Assembly: GCA_023957995.1 (NCBI GenBank)
Contig: JAMLGK010000012.1
Location: 16,058 to 80,057, forward strand
Reading direction: 5' to 3'
DNA length: 64,000 nt
Source: Microthrixaceae bacterium
GTDB lineage: Bacteria; Actinomycetota; Acidimicrobiia; Acidimicrobiales; Microtrichaceae
The notes under the pieces are model-generated. The model was not told the origin of the DNA and ran no database searches. It saw only the letters and a list, made by a program, of their open reading frames with translations. Positions within the stretch are counted from its first letter, which is position 1, and the number at the start of each line of letters is the position of its first letter. Position numbers and translations under genes: made by a program. Below are positions 16,945 through 26,589 of the stretch, piece after piece.

Positions 16945-18045
16945 TCATGGAAGGTGTGCAATGGCGTCGTCGAAGACGCGGAACAGAGCGGGACCGGATT
17001 TCTCCGAACGGCTGAGCACCCCGAGGCGCCGACACTTGGCCAACAACTCGCGTGCCTCTCGCCCGGGCCATGGTCGCGGCAGCAGCTCGGGCGGCAGCAG
17101 CGGGTCGTGTTCGAAACAAGCGTTGAAGCGGATAGCGATGTGCAGGGCTCCCGGCAGGAAGTCGTGTTCGGACAGCTTCTCGCCCCTGTCGCGCATCTCC
17201 TGTAGGCGCTCGGGCACCTCTCTGTAGCTGGCTGTGAACCCCTCGTACAGTGCGGCCACCTCGTTGAGGTTCCACAACTCCGAGGCGATGATCCGGGGGT
17301 CCCCCACACCCCCCAGCTGGAGGTCGTCGGTGCTCCAGGTCGAGACGTGCCCCGCGATTCCCAGTCGGGCCGCGTCCGCCCGCACCTCCTCCTCCCAGGG
17401 GTGCGGCGACGCATAGATGCCCGGATGCACCTGGGCGCCGCCGAGATGCAACACGTGTTCCCTGAAGGAGTCCCTCGCAGCGCGCTGCGATTCGGGTATG
17501 GCGAAGGCGACCATGTGCCAGAGGCGGTCCCACCCCTTGCCGGCGAGGTCCTGCGCGTAGGCGAGCAGGTGCCGCTGGTGATCCACGTCCAACGCGGCGA
17601 GGCCACTCTCGGTTGCGTGGAAGATCGCATCGCGACCCTCACCTTCGCGTTCGAAGAGCCCTTCCGCGATGAGGCGCCTGATGCAGGACCGCACGGTCTC
17701 GACCGAGATCCCGCACTCGGTGGCCACCCTGTAGAGCTCGGTGCCCACGACGGTTCCGTCGGTGTGGGCCAGGCCGAGCACCATCAGGCGGGTGGTCACA
17801 CCTCCATCAGCGGTGTCGACGATGGGGACCCCGCCGTCGTCTCCGCTGGTCGAACTGCTGCCGGTCGAGTTGTACACGGTCGTTTCGCCCACGACCGTAT
17901 GATCACGCCTCGGGTCCTCCGAGTCAAAGATCGGTCGGCCGGTCCCGCTGACTACCCTGCAGAGGGGCGGGCGGTCCGTCGGGATCCCGGACGTCGCTTC
18001 TCGGGGCGTCGGTATCTCACACGTCGGTATCAAACACGGAGGCAC
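16945..18045 (-). CDS. PaaX-family transcriptional regulator (start probably over-extended)
   Basis: Winged-helix region ELYRVATECGISVETVRSCIRRLIAEGLFEREG followed by PaaX-type middle and C-terminal domains (WDRLWHMVAFAIPE...). The track GTG start at 18045 lies 5 bp from the divergent gene, so the true start is probably further downstream (for example GTG at 17892). I could not fix it. Confidence 0.7.
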   Translation of the reverse strand: MPPCLIPTCEIPTPREATSGIPTDRPPLCRVVSGTGRPIFDSEDPRRDHTVVGETTVYNSTGSSSTSGDDGGVPIVDTADGGVTTRLMVLGLAHTDGTVVGTELYRVATECGISVETVRSCIRRLIAEGLFEREGEGRDAIFHATESGLAALDVDHQRHLLAYAQDLAGKGWDRLWHMVAFAIPESQRAARDSFREHVLHLGGAQVHPGIYASPHPWEEEVRADAARLGIAGHVSTWSTDDLQLGGVGDPRIIASELWNLNEVAALYEGFTASYREVPERLQEMRDRGEKLSEHDFLPGALHIAIRFNACFEHDPLLPPELLPRPWPGREARELLAKCRRLGVLSRSEKSGPALFRVFDDAIAHLP

Positions 18046-18050
18046 AACGG

Positions 18051-18893
18051 ATGTCGGTTGTCGATCGGGTCATGTACTACAAGCCGAGGCGCACGGAGTG
18101 TGTGCTGTTCGCCCGGCCGCTGCCGTTGATAGCGGACGAGTATCCGGATCCGGGTGAGGACTTCCACTTCAAGGCCGTGTTCGACCCCGACGATCGGCAC
18201 CTTCGCGCACTCGAGGGCCCGGAGCGGTGCGAACTGATGAAGCCGTTCTTCGCCAAGGGTGGGTTCGCCATGCTGGCGGTCCATGAGCCCACCGACCAGG
18301 CCGTGTCCAAGATGTGGCTGCTCACGTTCACCCCCTCGCCGTCAGATGCCAAGCGGGGGATCCTGCCGATCAAGCTCGCACGCGACGAGGCGTTCATCCT
18401 CGACATCTGGACCCACCCCGACTTCCGCCGTCAGGCGGTGTCGTTCACGGTTGCCTACGAGATGGGTCGGGTCGTCGACCACGTCTTCCCGGAGAAGCGC
18501 TGGGTCTACGGCTATGCCCACAAGGACAACGAGGCATCACGCAATCTGATGACGCTGCTCTACGGGATGTGGCCGGTGCAGGAGTTCACAGAGATCGAGG
18601 TCGGGCGGTTCTGGGTCACCCAGGAACCGGGTTCGGATCACCCCAAGTTCGGGCCCTTCTCCAAGCACGGTCGCCACTCGGGCAGCGGGTTGCAGGTGCC
18701 CGGCAGGCCCAGGTCCGGCGACATGTACCGCGACTACCACCACAAGGAGGGGTTCGCGAAGGCCTACCTCGACGCCGAGGTGGTCGACTGGCTGGAGCCG
18801 GGTCCGGACTGGTTCGACAACGACCATCCACTCGACGCGGACGGCAACCCCGCCACGCCCGAGACGATGCCCAGGTCGCTTCCGGGTCAGTAG
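18051..18893 (+). CDS. Hypothetical protein, possibly a GNAT-like acyltransferase
   Basis: The ATG has GGAGG 9 nt upstream. The central segment FILDIWTHPDFRRQAVSFTVAYEM...GYAHKDNEASRNLM resembles the GNAT acetyl-CoA-binding core. This assignment is weak. Confidence 0.5.
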   Translation: MSVVDRVMYYKPRRTECVLFARPLPLIADEYPDPGEDFHFKAVFDPDDRHLRALEGPERCELMKPFFAKGGFAMLAVHEPTDQAVSKMWLLTFTPSPSDAKRGILPIKLARDEAFILDIWTHPDFRRQAVSFTVAYEMGRVVDHVFPEKRWVYGYAHKDNEASRNLMTLLYGMWPVQEFTEIEVGRFWVTQEPGSDHPKFGPFSKHGRHSGSGLQVPGRPRSGDMYRDYHHKEGFAKAYLDAEVVDWLEPGPDWFDNDHPLDADGNPATPETMPRSLPGQ

Positions 18894-18899
18894 TCGGCC

Positions 18900-19640
18900 C
18901 TAGGCGAGGTGCAGGCCGCACTCGGTCTTCTCGCGCCCGGCCCAGCGGCCCGAACGCGGGTCCTCGCCCTCCGCGACCGGCTTGGTGCAGGGCATGCAAC
19001 CGATCGACGGGTAGCCCCGCAACGTCAACGGGTTGACGGGTACGTCGTGTTCCTCGATGTAGCCCTGCACGTCATCGGAGGTCCATGTCGCCAGGGGATT
19101 CACCTTTACCAACCCGCGCATGTCCCGTCCCACGATGGGCGCACTGGCGCGGGTCTCGGCCTCATCGCGGCGGAGCCCCGACATCCATGCGGCCTTGCCG
19201 GCGAGAGCGCGGTCGAGCTGGCCCACCTTCACCGCTGAGCAGCAGTTCTCCGGATCCTTCTCCCAGAGAGCCTCGGCGTGGTGGGGCACCGTCATCATCC
19301 GGAGGTTGAGGCCGTAGCGGCGGCGCACGGTCTCCACGGTCTCGAGCGTCTCGGGGAAGTGGTAGCCGGTGTCGATGAAGACCACCTCGATCGCCGGGGC
19401 GACCTTCGTTGCCAGATCGATCAGTACCGCATCCGTCATCGACGCCGCGAGCGACAGCGCGGGGCCGAAGGTCTCCGCCGCCCAGGCGATCACCTGTGAT
19501 GCGGCCATGGTCTCGAACTGCTCGTTCAGTTCGGCCAGTTGGTCATCGTCGATGTGGCGGGGCTGGAAGAACCCGGGAGCGGGTTCGCCGAGCGATACGG
19601 GTTCCGAACTCACCTCGATCGTGTTCTGGGCGGCACTCAT
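18900..19640 (-). CDS. cysH: Phosphoadenosine/adenosine phosphosulfate reductase
   Basis: PAPS-reductase fold (AASMTDAVLIDL...VVFIDTGYHFPET) and the C-terminal ECGLH motif. I chose the ATG at 19640, which forms an ATGA overlap with the sulfite reductase stop. Confidence 0.9.
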   Translation of the reverse strand: MSAAQNTIEVSSEPVSLGEPAPGFFQPRHIDDDQLAELNEQFETMAASQVIAWAAETFGPALSLAASMTDAVLIDLATKVAPAIEVVFIDTGYHFPETLETVETVRRRYGLNLRMMTVPHHAEALWEKDPENCCSAVKVGQLDRALAGKAAWMSGLRRDEAETRASAPIVGRDMRGLVKVNPLATWTSDDVQGYIEEHDVPVNPLTLRGYPSIGCMPCTKPVAEGEDPRSGRWAGREKTECGLHLA

Positions 19641-21436
19641 GCTGCGCACTCCGATTCACCGACGACCGCCTCGTAGGGGCCGGTCTCTCCGTAGTCGACG
19701 TAGAAGTCGGGGTTGTCGTCGGGTGTCGGGAACTCGTCGAGGTCCGCCAGTCCCTCCGCCACGGCCTTGGCGCCACCGGCACGCTGCAGCCACTGTCCGA
19801 AGGCTTCGCCGTACTCGCGCTCGGCGGCGTACCGGGCCACGACCCGCACGACCGCCTCTGGAGCCGCCTTGGCCGGTAGCCGCAACGCCTTCTGGCCGAA
19901 CTCTGCCTGCTCGTTGCCGATGTAGCCGCCCAGCAGCATCTGGTATCCGGGGGCCGACTGGCCGTGGGCGCGCCGTTCGGCACCGAAGAACCCGATGTCG
20001 GCGGCATGGTGTTGTCCACAGGAGTTGGTGCAACCAGAGATGTTGGTCCGTACGCCGTCGACCTCGGCGAGCCCGGCGGACTCGAGCGCCTCTCCGATCG
20101 CCGAGGCGAGTCCGCGGCTCTGGGTCACTGCGAGATTGCAGGTGTCTGCTCCCGGGCAGGCGACCACGTCGCGTGCGAGTTCGGCTCCGGGCTGGGCCAT
20201 GCCCAGCTTCTCGAGGGAGTCGAAGACCTCCTGGAGCTGCGTCTCGGCCAGGTCCCGGAGCACGAAGTTCTGCCGGTTGGTGATCCTGATGGTCGCTCCG
20301 GTGGACCGCACGAGCTCAGCGATCCCGCGGAACTGGGCCGCGGTGACATCACCCAGGCGGCTCCAGGCGATGGCAGAGACGGTTCCGTTGGCCACACCGC
20401 GCACCACGTTGGCCTCGGCCCAGCGGGCATAGGCGCTGGTGCCGCTGAGCGACACGCGCACGCCCTGTCCGATGGCCGAGACCGGCCCGGTGCCGCGTCC
20501 TGCCGGCGCATCGCCGGCCTCGCGGACCTGTTCGGGTATCCCGCCGGGCCAGGTGGCCGAGGCGAGAAGGAACTTCCGCGACGCGAAGATCCGGTCCCGC
20601 ATCTCCTCGAAGCCCAGTTCGTCGACCAGCCACTTCATACGTGCGCGCAGCTTGTTGTTCCGGTTGCCCGCCTGTTCGAACACCCGCACGCAGGCTTCGA
20701 TGGTCGGCAGCAGCTCCTCGCGTGGCGTGAAGTCCTCGAGCGCCAGTGCGGGGTGCGGATTGGCACCGAGGCCGCCGGCGACGAACACCCTGAAACCTGC
20801 TTCGGTGGTGCCGTCGTCCCTGGTTCGGTTGATCGCGATCACACCAACGTCGTTGAACATCGCCTGGCCGCAGTCGGTGACGCAGCCCGAGAAGTTGATC
20901 TTGAACTTCCGGGGCAGGCGCGCCGAGATCGGGTTGCGCAGGAAATGGCGGAAAGCGGCCTCGGCCCACGGCTGGATGTCGAGGACCTCGTTGGGGCAGG
21001 CACCTGCGAGATGGCAGCCCATCACGTTGCGCACGGTGTCGGAGCAGGCCTCCCGGCTAGTCATGCCGACAGCTGCGAGGTCCCAGAGGGCCGACGGCAC
21101 CTGTTCGAGCTGCACGTAGTGGAACTGCACGTTCTGGCGGGTGGTGAGGTGTCCCCAACCCCTGCTGTAGCGCTCCGAGACATCGGCCAGGCGGTCGAGC
21201 TGGTCGGGGTTGATCGCTCCGTAGGGAGCCTTGACCCGCAGCATCTGGTTGCGGCCGCCCTGACGCTGGCCGTAGACGCCGTTCGCCAGCCTGAAGACCT
21301 TGAAGACGTCTTCCTCGATCTCACCGTCGAGGTAGCGGGCAAGGACCCGCTCGAACTTGCGGATGTCCTCGATGAGTCCGTCATCGATGGAGTCGATGTC
21401 GACCTCGCCGCGCTCGTCCAACTCTATGGTCGTCAT
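19637..21436 (-). CDS. sirA: Ferredoxin-dependent sulfite reductase (NirA/SirA type, siroheme-[4Fe-4S])
   Basis: 599 aa with a duplicated nitrite/sulfite reductase module. Cys cluster motifs ACPGADTCNLA and SGCTNSCGQHH are present, with a degenerate first copy FSGCVTDCGQ. Confidence 0.9.
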   Translation of the reverse strand: MTTIELDERGEVDIDSIDDGLIEDIRKFERVLARYLDGEIEEDVFKVFRLANGVYGQRQGGRNQMLRVKAPYGAINPDQLDRLADVSERYSRGWGHLTTRQNVQFHYVQLEQVPSALWDLAAVGMTSREACSDTVRNVMGCHLAGACPNEVLDIQPWAEAAFRHFLRNPISARLPRKFKINFSGCVTDCGQAMFNDVGVIAINRTRDDGTTEAGFRVFVAGGLGANPHPALALEDFTPREELLPTIEACVRVFEQAGNRNNKLRARMKWLVDELGFEEMRDRIFASRKFLLASATWPGGIPEQVREAGDAPAGRGTGPVSAIGQGVRVSLSGTSAYARWAEANVVRGVANGTVSAIAWSRLGDVTAAQFRGIAELVRSTGATIRITNRQNFVLRDLAETQLQEVFDSLEKLGMAQPGAELARDVVACPGADTCNLAVTQSRGLASAIGEALESAGLAEVDGVRTNISGCTNSCGQHHAADIGFFGAERRAHGQSAPGYQMLLGGYIGNEQAEFGQKALRLPAKAAPEAVVRVVARYAAEREYGEAFGQWLQRAGGAKAVAEGLADLDEFPTPDDNPDFYVDYGETGPYEAVVGESECAA

Positions 21437-21577
21437 CTGGCTGCCCCCGGTTGGTGTGGCCGTTCCGTCGGAGAATCCCGACCGAATTGGTCATGTTTAG
21501 CGAAACCCGACCACGTTGGTCAACATTCCGCTGCCGGGTCGTGTGTCACACACCGCGCAGGTGCTCGAGGCGCCGCC

Positions 21578-22954
21578 TCAGTCGCCGCGGAGCAACTCGG
21601 CGACCCTGAACGCCAGATCCACGCTCTGGCGGCCGTTCAAACGGGGGTCGCACATGGTCTCGTAGCGGAGACCGAGGTCGCCGTCGAGGATGTCCTCGGC
21701 GCCACCCAGACACTCGGTGACATCGTCACCGGTGAGTTCGACGTGCACGCCTCCGGGCCACGTTCCCTCGGACCGATGGGCCGCGAAGAAGCCGGCGATC
21801 TCGGCGAGGATGGCGTCGAAGTGCCTCGTCTTGCGGCCTGAGGGCGCGGTGAACGTGTTGCCGTGCATGGGATCGCAGGTCCAGACCACCGGATGCCCGG
21901 CAGCGCGAGCGGCGCGCAGCAGCGGTGGGAGCTTCTCCTCGATGGCCTCGGCCCCCATGCGTGTGATCAGGGTGAGCCGTCCGGGTACCCGCCCCGGGTT
22001 GAGCAGGTCGCAGAGGTCCACCAGCTCGGCTGGTGTCATCGAGGGTCCCACCTTGCAGCCCACCGGATTGGCGATTCCACGGAAGAACTCGACGTGTGCG
22101 TCCTCGAGGCCCCTGGTCCGTTCACCGATCCACACCATGTGTGCCGAGCAGTCGTACCAGTCTCCGGTCAGGGAGTCCTGGCGGGTGAGGGCTTCCTCGT
22201 AGCCGAGCACGAGCGCCTCGTGGCTGGTGTAGAAGTCCACCTCGTGGATCCCCGGAGCCGAGTCCGGGTCGATCCCACAGGCACCCATGAACCGCATTGC
22301 GCGGTCGATCTCGTCGGCGAGGCGCTCGTAGCGCCGTCCCTGCGGGCTGGCCGACACGAACTCCTGGTTCCACTGGTGGACCCGCGTGAGGTCCGCGAAA
22401 CCGCCCTTGGTGAACGCACGCAGGAGGTTGAGTGTGGATGCGGCCTGGTTGTAGGCCTGCACGAGCCGCCTGGGGTCGGGCACACGGGCCTCGGCATCGA
22501 AGTCGATGTCGTTGACCATGTGGCCCCTGAAGCTGGGCAGCTCCACGCCGTCGACGGTCTCGGTGTCCGAGGACCGGGGCTTGGCGAACTGTCCCGCTAT
22601 CCGTCCCACCTTCACCGCGGGTACTCCGGCGGAGTAGGTGAGCACCACCGCCATCTGGAGGATCACCCTCAGCCGTTCCCTGATGGAGTCGGCCGAGAAC
22701 GCATCGAAGGACTCCGCACAGTCCCCGGCCTGCAACAGGAAGGCTTCTCCCTGGGACACCCGGGCCAGATCGGCGGTGAGCGCCCGCGCCTCGCCGGCGA
22801 ACACCAGGGGCGGCACGGTGCTCAGATGCTTGAGGACCGACTCGAGTGTTCCGTCAGAGGGCCAGTTCGGTTGCTGGAGCGCGTTTCGTGAGCGCCATGA
22901 ATCGGGTGTCCAGGCGGGTCGCCCGGCGCTGGAAGTTGCGGTGGAGGGCATCAC
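21578..22954 (-). CDS. aroG: 3-deoxy-7-phosphoheptulonate (DAHP) synthase, class II
   Basis: 458 aa, which is the class II size. The opening ...WRSRNALQQPNWPD... and GDCAESF, KPRSS, DPMHGN-type motifs are present (DPMHGNTF). Confidence 0.9.
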   Translation of the reverse strand: MMPSTATSSAGRPAWTPDSWRSRNALQQPNWPSDGTLESVLKHLSTVPPLVFAGEARALTADLARVSQGEAFLLQAGDCAESFDAFSADSIRERLRVILQMAVVLTYSAGVPAVKVGRIAGQFAKPRSSDTETVDGVELPSFRGHMVNDIDFDAEARVPDPRRLVQAYNQAASTLNLLRAFTKGGFADLTRVHQWNQEFVSASPQGRRYERLADEIDRAMRFMGACGIDPDSAPGIHEVDFYTSHEALVLGYEEALTRQDSLTGDWYDCSAHMVWIGERTRGLEDAHVEFFRGIANPVGCKVGPSMTPAELVDLCDLLNPGRVPGRLTLITRMGAEAIEEKLPPLLRAARAAGHPVVWTCDPMHGNTFTAPSGRKTRHFDAILAEIAGFFAAHRSEGTWPGGVHVELTGDDVTECLGGAEDILDGDLGLRYETMCDPRLNGRQSVDLAFRVAELLRGD

Positions 22955-23023
22955 CGCGAGGCTACAAGCACCTCTGATGATCCCCGAAAGCGATTCCGGA
23001 GCGACGCCTGCAGAACAGCGATG

Positions 23024-23854
23024 TCAGTACTGTCCGGCGGGGCTGAGCGCGTTCTCCCGCACCGACTTGACGGCACGCTTGACGAGCCTGCGGGCCGCCT
23101 CTGCTGTGACCCCGAGTTCCTCTCCGACCTCGCGGTAGCTCCGACGGCGTCCGTCGGCCAGACCGAAGCGCTGCTCAACGGCGCTGCGTGCCCGGGGGTC
23201 GAGCACATCGAGAAGCCCGCGGAGCCAGTCCTCGTGCTCAGAATCGAGCAGCATCGACTCGGGACCCGGCTTGGCGTCCGCGATCAGGTCCACCAGTTCG
23301 TTCGAGTCGTCGTCACCGACCGTGCGGTCGAGGGACGTCGGGGTGGTCAGCCGATGCAGCATGGCATGGTCGTCGTCGAGCTCGTCGCCGTCGCCGGAGA
23401 CGTGGCGCAGCGCTGCGCGCAGGCTGGCCGAGCGGTCTCCGGGGATCCGGACGAGGGATGCCTTCTGGTCGAGTGCCCGGCCGATCGCCTGACGGATCCA
23501 GAAGGTGGCGTAGGTCGAGAACTTGAAGCCCTTGCGCCAGTCGAACTTGTCCACGGCGTGTTCCAGTCCGAGGTTGCCCTCCTGGATGAGGTCCAGCAGT
23601 TCCATGCCGGGGGGCAGTGGGTAGCGACGGGCCACGCTCACCACCAGGCGGAGGTTGGCGCGGATGAAACGGTCCTTGGCGGCGGCTCCCGCCGAGATGG
23701 AGCGATCCAACTGCCGACCGCGCTCGCCGGCCTCCTTGCGGCGTCGAGCGTCGATCCCGGCCTCGATCGCCTGGGCCAGTTCCTTCTCGTCCTCGGCATC
23801 GAGGAGCGGAACTGCTCCGATCTCGTTCAAGTACATGCCGACCGAGTCGCTCAT
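23024..23854 (-). CDS. RNA polymerase sigma-70 family factor (group 2/3-like; no long region 1.1)
   Basis: Region 1.2 MYLNEIGAVPLL, region 2 RLVVSVARRY...DLIQEGNLGLEHAVDKFD...FSTYATFWIRQAI, and a region 4 HTH SYREVGEELGVTAEAARRL. Confidence 0.88.
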   Translation of the reverse strand: MSDSVGMYLNEIGAVPLLDAEDEKELAQAIEAGIDARRRKEAGERGRQLDRSISAGAAAKDRFIRANLRLVVSVARRYPLPPGMELLDLIQEGNLGLEHAVDKFDWRKGFKFSTYATFWIRQAIGRALDQKASLVRIPGDRSASLRAALRHVSGDGDELDDDHAMLHRLTTPTSLDRTVGDDDSNELVDLIADAKPGPESMLLDSEHEDWLRGLLDVLDPRARSAVEQRFGLADGRRRSYREVGEELGVTAEAARRLVKRAVKSVRENALSPAGQY

Positions 23855-24062
23855 GGGGTCACCTTCCGATTGCTCCGCAGATCTCTGCGGTCCGGGTCAA
23901 TCACCCGTCAGGTTCAGGTATCGGCCCCCGTTCGCGGGAGTTGAGCACTCTGATGGGGGTGACCCGGAGGGCGGTGGTCGCCCGAGGCGCATCCGGCGGT
24001 ACCGTTGTGGGGTGGCACCGGGACCAGAACGAAGTTCCCGGCCCGCGTCCCGTTCATCCCGG

Positions 24063-24698
24063 GTGGGCATTCTCGGGGGCACCTTCGATCCCCCGCACAT
24101 CGGTCACCTGCTGGTCGCCCGGGCGGTGGGGGAGGCCCTCGCACTCGATTCCGTGGTGCTGATGGTGGCCGGGGATCCCTGGCAGAAGACCGACCTGGGC
24201 GAGATCACTCCGGCGGAGGACCGCCTCGCGATGGTCCGGGCCACGGTTCTGGACGGAACGGTTTCGGCTACCTCGACCGGGAACGCGGCCGGCACCACCA
24301 CCGCCCAGACCTCGCTCGAGGTCTCCGATCTCGAGCTGCGGCGAGGTGGGCGCACCTACACCGTCGACACGCTCGAGCAGCTCCGTGCCGAAGACCCCGA
24401 CCGTGAGCTGTTCCTGATCCTCGGAGCCGATGCAGCAGCGGGACTGGACACCTGGCACCGCCACGACGAGCTGTCGGGACTGTGCCAGCTGGCTGTGGTC
24501 GAACGGCCGGGCTCGCCGGTGGAGGTCGCCGGAGAGGTGGAGCATCTGCTGGTGGAGGCGCCGCTGGTCGACATCTCCTCCAGCGAGTTGCGGAAGATGG
24601 TGGCGCGGGGCGAGTCGGTCGAAGGTCTCGTCACCCCCGGTGCTATCTCGGTCATCGAGGAGCGCGGACTCTACGCTGGCGGCGATGACGGCTACTGA
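24063..24698 (+). CDS. nadD: Nicotinate-nucleotide adenylyltransferase
   Basis: GILGGTFDPPHIGH nucleotidyltransferase motif right at the N-terminus and ISSSELR near the C-terminus. I chose the GTG at 24063; the track start at 23655 adds 136 non-homologous residues. Confidence 0.88.
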   Translation: MGILGGTFDPPHIGHLLVARAVGEALALDSVVLMVAGDPWQKTDLGEITPAEDRLAMVRATVLDGTVSATSTGNAAGTTTAQTSLEVSDLELRRGGRTYTVDTLEQLRAEDPDRELFLILGADAAAGLDTWHRHDELSGLCQLAVVERPGSPVEVAGEVEHLLVEAPLVDISSSELRKMVARGESVEGLVTPGAISVIEERGLYAGGDDGY

Positions 24699-25983
24699 GC
24701 CACCGCGCGCAGACCAGGGCCCCGAGGTGGTCATAGGTCCGCCGGCAGGCACCAACGAGACCTCGCTGCCTCCGCGCGCCGAGGCTGTCGTGCGTCGCCG
24801 TCGGGTCGAGTCCCGCCAGCGACGGCTGACCGGCTGGCAGGTCGCGATCACGGCGGTGTCGGTGTTGTTGCTCCTGGGGCTGTCCTGGGTCGGCTACCAA
24901 TCGGCACTGAAGGTCGGCGGCGGCACCGATGACCGGGTGACCGACCCCACCCAACCGGGATACCTGGCCGAACCGCGTCCCACCCCGGCGGATGCCTACG
25001 TCGTCACCGATGCCGAGGGTCAGTTCGCGTCGGCGCTGATGGTGGTGCCCGACTCGTCGGGCCAGGGCGGGACCCTGGTGCCGCTGCCCCCGTCGTTCAT
25101 CGTGCCCGAGTACGAGGATTCTCCACCGGAGTTCCTCAGCACGTTGTACAACGAAGGTGGCCCCGACGGGTTCCGTGACCGTCTGGGCGTGGCTCTCGGA
25201 GTGACGATCGATTCCGTCCGGGAGGTACCCGAGGCGGCCATCGAGGAACTGGCCGGGGGTGTCCCGTTGGAGGTCGAGAACGTCGATGACCTCGCGGTGC
25301 GAAATCCCGACGGCACCACCGAACTCCGGTATCCAGCAGGTCCGCTCACCCTCGAGCCCTCCGCCATCGTCGAGTTCCTGGCCTTCGAGGGAGCCGACGA
25401 CCCCGCGCCCAACCAGGCGATCCGCGCCACGGCGGTGTGGGAGCAGCTCTTCGCCAATGCCGTCGATTCGACCCATGAGGACCTGACCGAGGGAGCCGCT
25501 TCGGAGGGAGCCGCCAGTCCGCCATTCGGAGCTGCCGTCGACGACCTGACCGCCGGCGAGGTTCGATACGACAGCGTGCCGATGGCCAAGGTGCCGGTTC
25601 CCGACAGCTACTTCGTCGCCTGGATGCCGGACCCGGCCTCTCTGAACAAGTTCGTGGCCCGGGTGGTACCCCTGCCGCGTTCTCCGGCACCGGGGATCCG
25701 GCCCTCCGCTGCCGTCCTCAACGGCACCACCAGCAGCGATGCGCTCACCGCCATGGTTCCGGTGGTCGTCGAGGCCGGTGGCGCTGTGTCCCTGGTCGGC
25801 AACGCCGACAGTTTCGATGTGGCGACCACGACCGTGCAGTGGCTCTCGCCCGACGGTCGGGCGGTGGCGGAGTCGATCGCCGGCCAACTCGGCCTGACCG
25901 CCACCGAGGCCTCCGACGAGGTGGCGGGTGAACTGGGGGGCACGAGCGTGCTCGTGGTCCTCGGCTCGGATCGCACGACGTGA
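24685..25983 (+). CDS. Membrane protein with a C-terminal LytR_C-like domain
   Basis: The ATG at 24685 (MTATEPP...) overlaps the nadD end. One TM helix (WQVAITAVSVLLLLGLSWVGY). The C-terminal AAVLNGTTSSDALTAM...LVGNADSF resembles LytR_C. The position between nadD and rsfS is conserved in actinobacteria. Confidence 0.6.
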   Translation: MTATEPPRADQGPEVVIGPPAGTNETSLPPRAEAVVRRRRVESRQRRLTGWQVAITAVSVLLLLGLSWVGYQSALKVGGGTDDRVTDPTQPGYLAEPRPTPADAYVVTDAEGQFASALMVVPDSSGQGGTLVPLPPSFIVPEYEDSPPEFLSTLYNEGGPDGFRDRLGVALGVTIDSVREVPEAAIEELAGGVPLEVENVDDLAVRNPDGTTELRYPAGPLTLEPSAIVEFLAFEGADDPAPNQAIRATAVWEQLFANAVDSTHEDLTEGAASEGAASPPFGAAVDDLTAGEVRYDSVPMAKVPVPDSYFVAWMPDPASLNKFVARVVPLPRSPAPGIRPSAAVLNGTTSSDALTAMVPVVVEAGGAVSLVGNADSFDVATTTVQWLSPDGRAVAESIAGQLGLTATEASDEVAGELGGTSVLVVLGSDRTT

Positions 25984-26381
25984 GCGCGGACGGCGAAGGA
26001 CGGGAGTCCATGGTGGGAACTGGCGCTGCAGCCGCTACTCGTCTCGCGGTAGTCGCCGCCCGGGCGGCGGACGACAAGTTGGCGAGCGACATCGTCGTGC
26101 TCGACGTGGCTGATGCCATCGGCATCTGTGACCACTTCGTGTTGGCCACCGCCTCGAACGAACGCCAGGTGAAGGCGATCGTCGACGGCGTCGAGGAGCG
26201 GGTCCGCCTCGAACTCGACGAGCGGCCGATCGCGGACGAGGGCCGAGGGGCCCGTCGCTGGGTCGTGCTCGACTACGGCGACGTGGTCGTGCACGTGTTC
26301 CACTCCGACGAACGTGCCTACTACCGCCTCGATCGGCTCTACGGAGACTGCTCGCGCACCGATTGGACCCAGACGGGCTGA
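25980..26381 (+). CDS. rsfS: Ribosome silencing factor RsfS (Iojap)
   Basis: KLASDIVVLDV...CDHFVLATASNERQVKAIVDGVEE...WVVLDYGDVVVHVF matches the RsfS family. The GTG start overlaps the upstream stop (GTGA). Confidence 0.88.
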   Translation: MSADGEGRESMVGTGAAAATRLAVVAARAADDKLASDIVVLDVADAIGICDHFVLATASNERQVKAIVDGVEERVRLELDERPIADEGRGARRWVVLDYGDVVVHVFHSDERAYYRLDRLYGDCSRTDWTQTG

Positions 26382-26514
26382 ACATCGGGGCGCGATCTGG
26401 CGCAGGCCGATCCAGCGGTACCCGGTCTCGCCATTTCGATCTCACCCGGTGCCGATCCCACCCGCTGATGGACGCTTCCCGGGTGGCGTCACCCCCGGGT
26501 AGCGCCATCCTCGC

Positions 26515-26546
26515 TGTGGTGCAGTTCCGGTGTGGTGCAGCTGTCG
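26515..26546. repeat. 16-bp imperfect tandem repeat x2 (tgtggtgcagttccgg / tgtggtgcagctgtcg)
   Basis: Read directly in the rsfS-HNH intergenic region; 12 of 16 positions are identical. Confidence 0.6.
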
Positions 26547-26589
26547 CGCGCGCCCGTGACTCGGTCACGAGAGTGCCGAGAATGAGTCC

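Noticed and set aside
21470-21540. Promoter for sirA-cysH (minus-strand TTGACC, 18 nt, TAAACA) and the repeated GGTCGGG motif
   Set aside because: The -10 candidate lacks the invariant final T, and the repeated heptamer is short and GC-rich. The support is too weak for a feature call.
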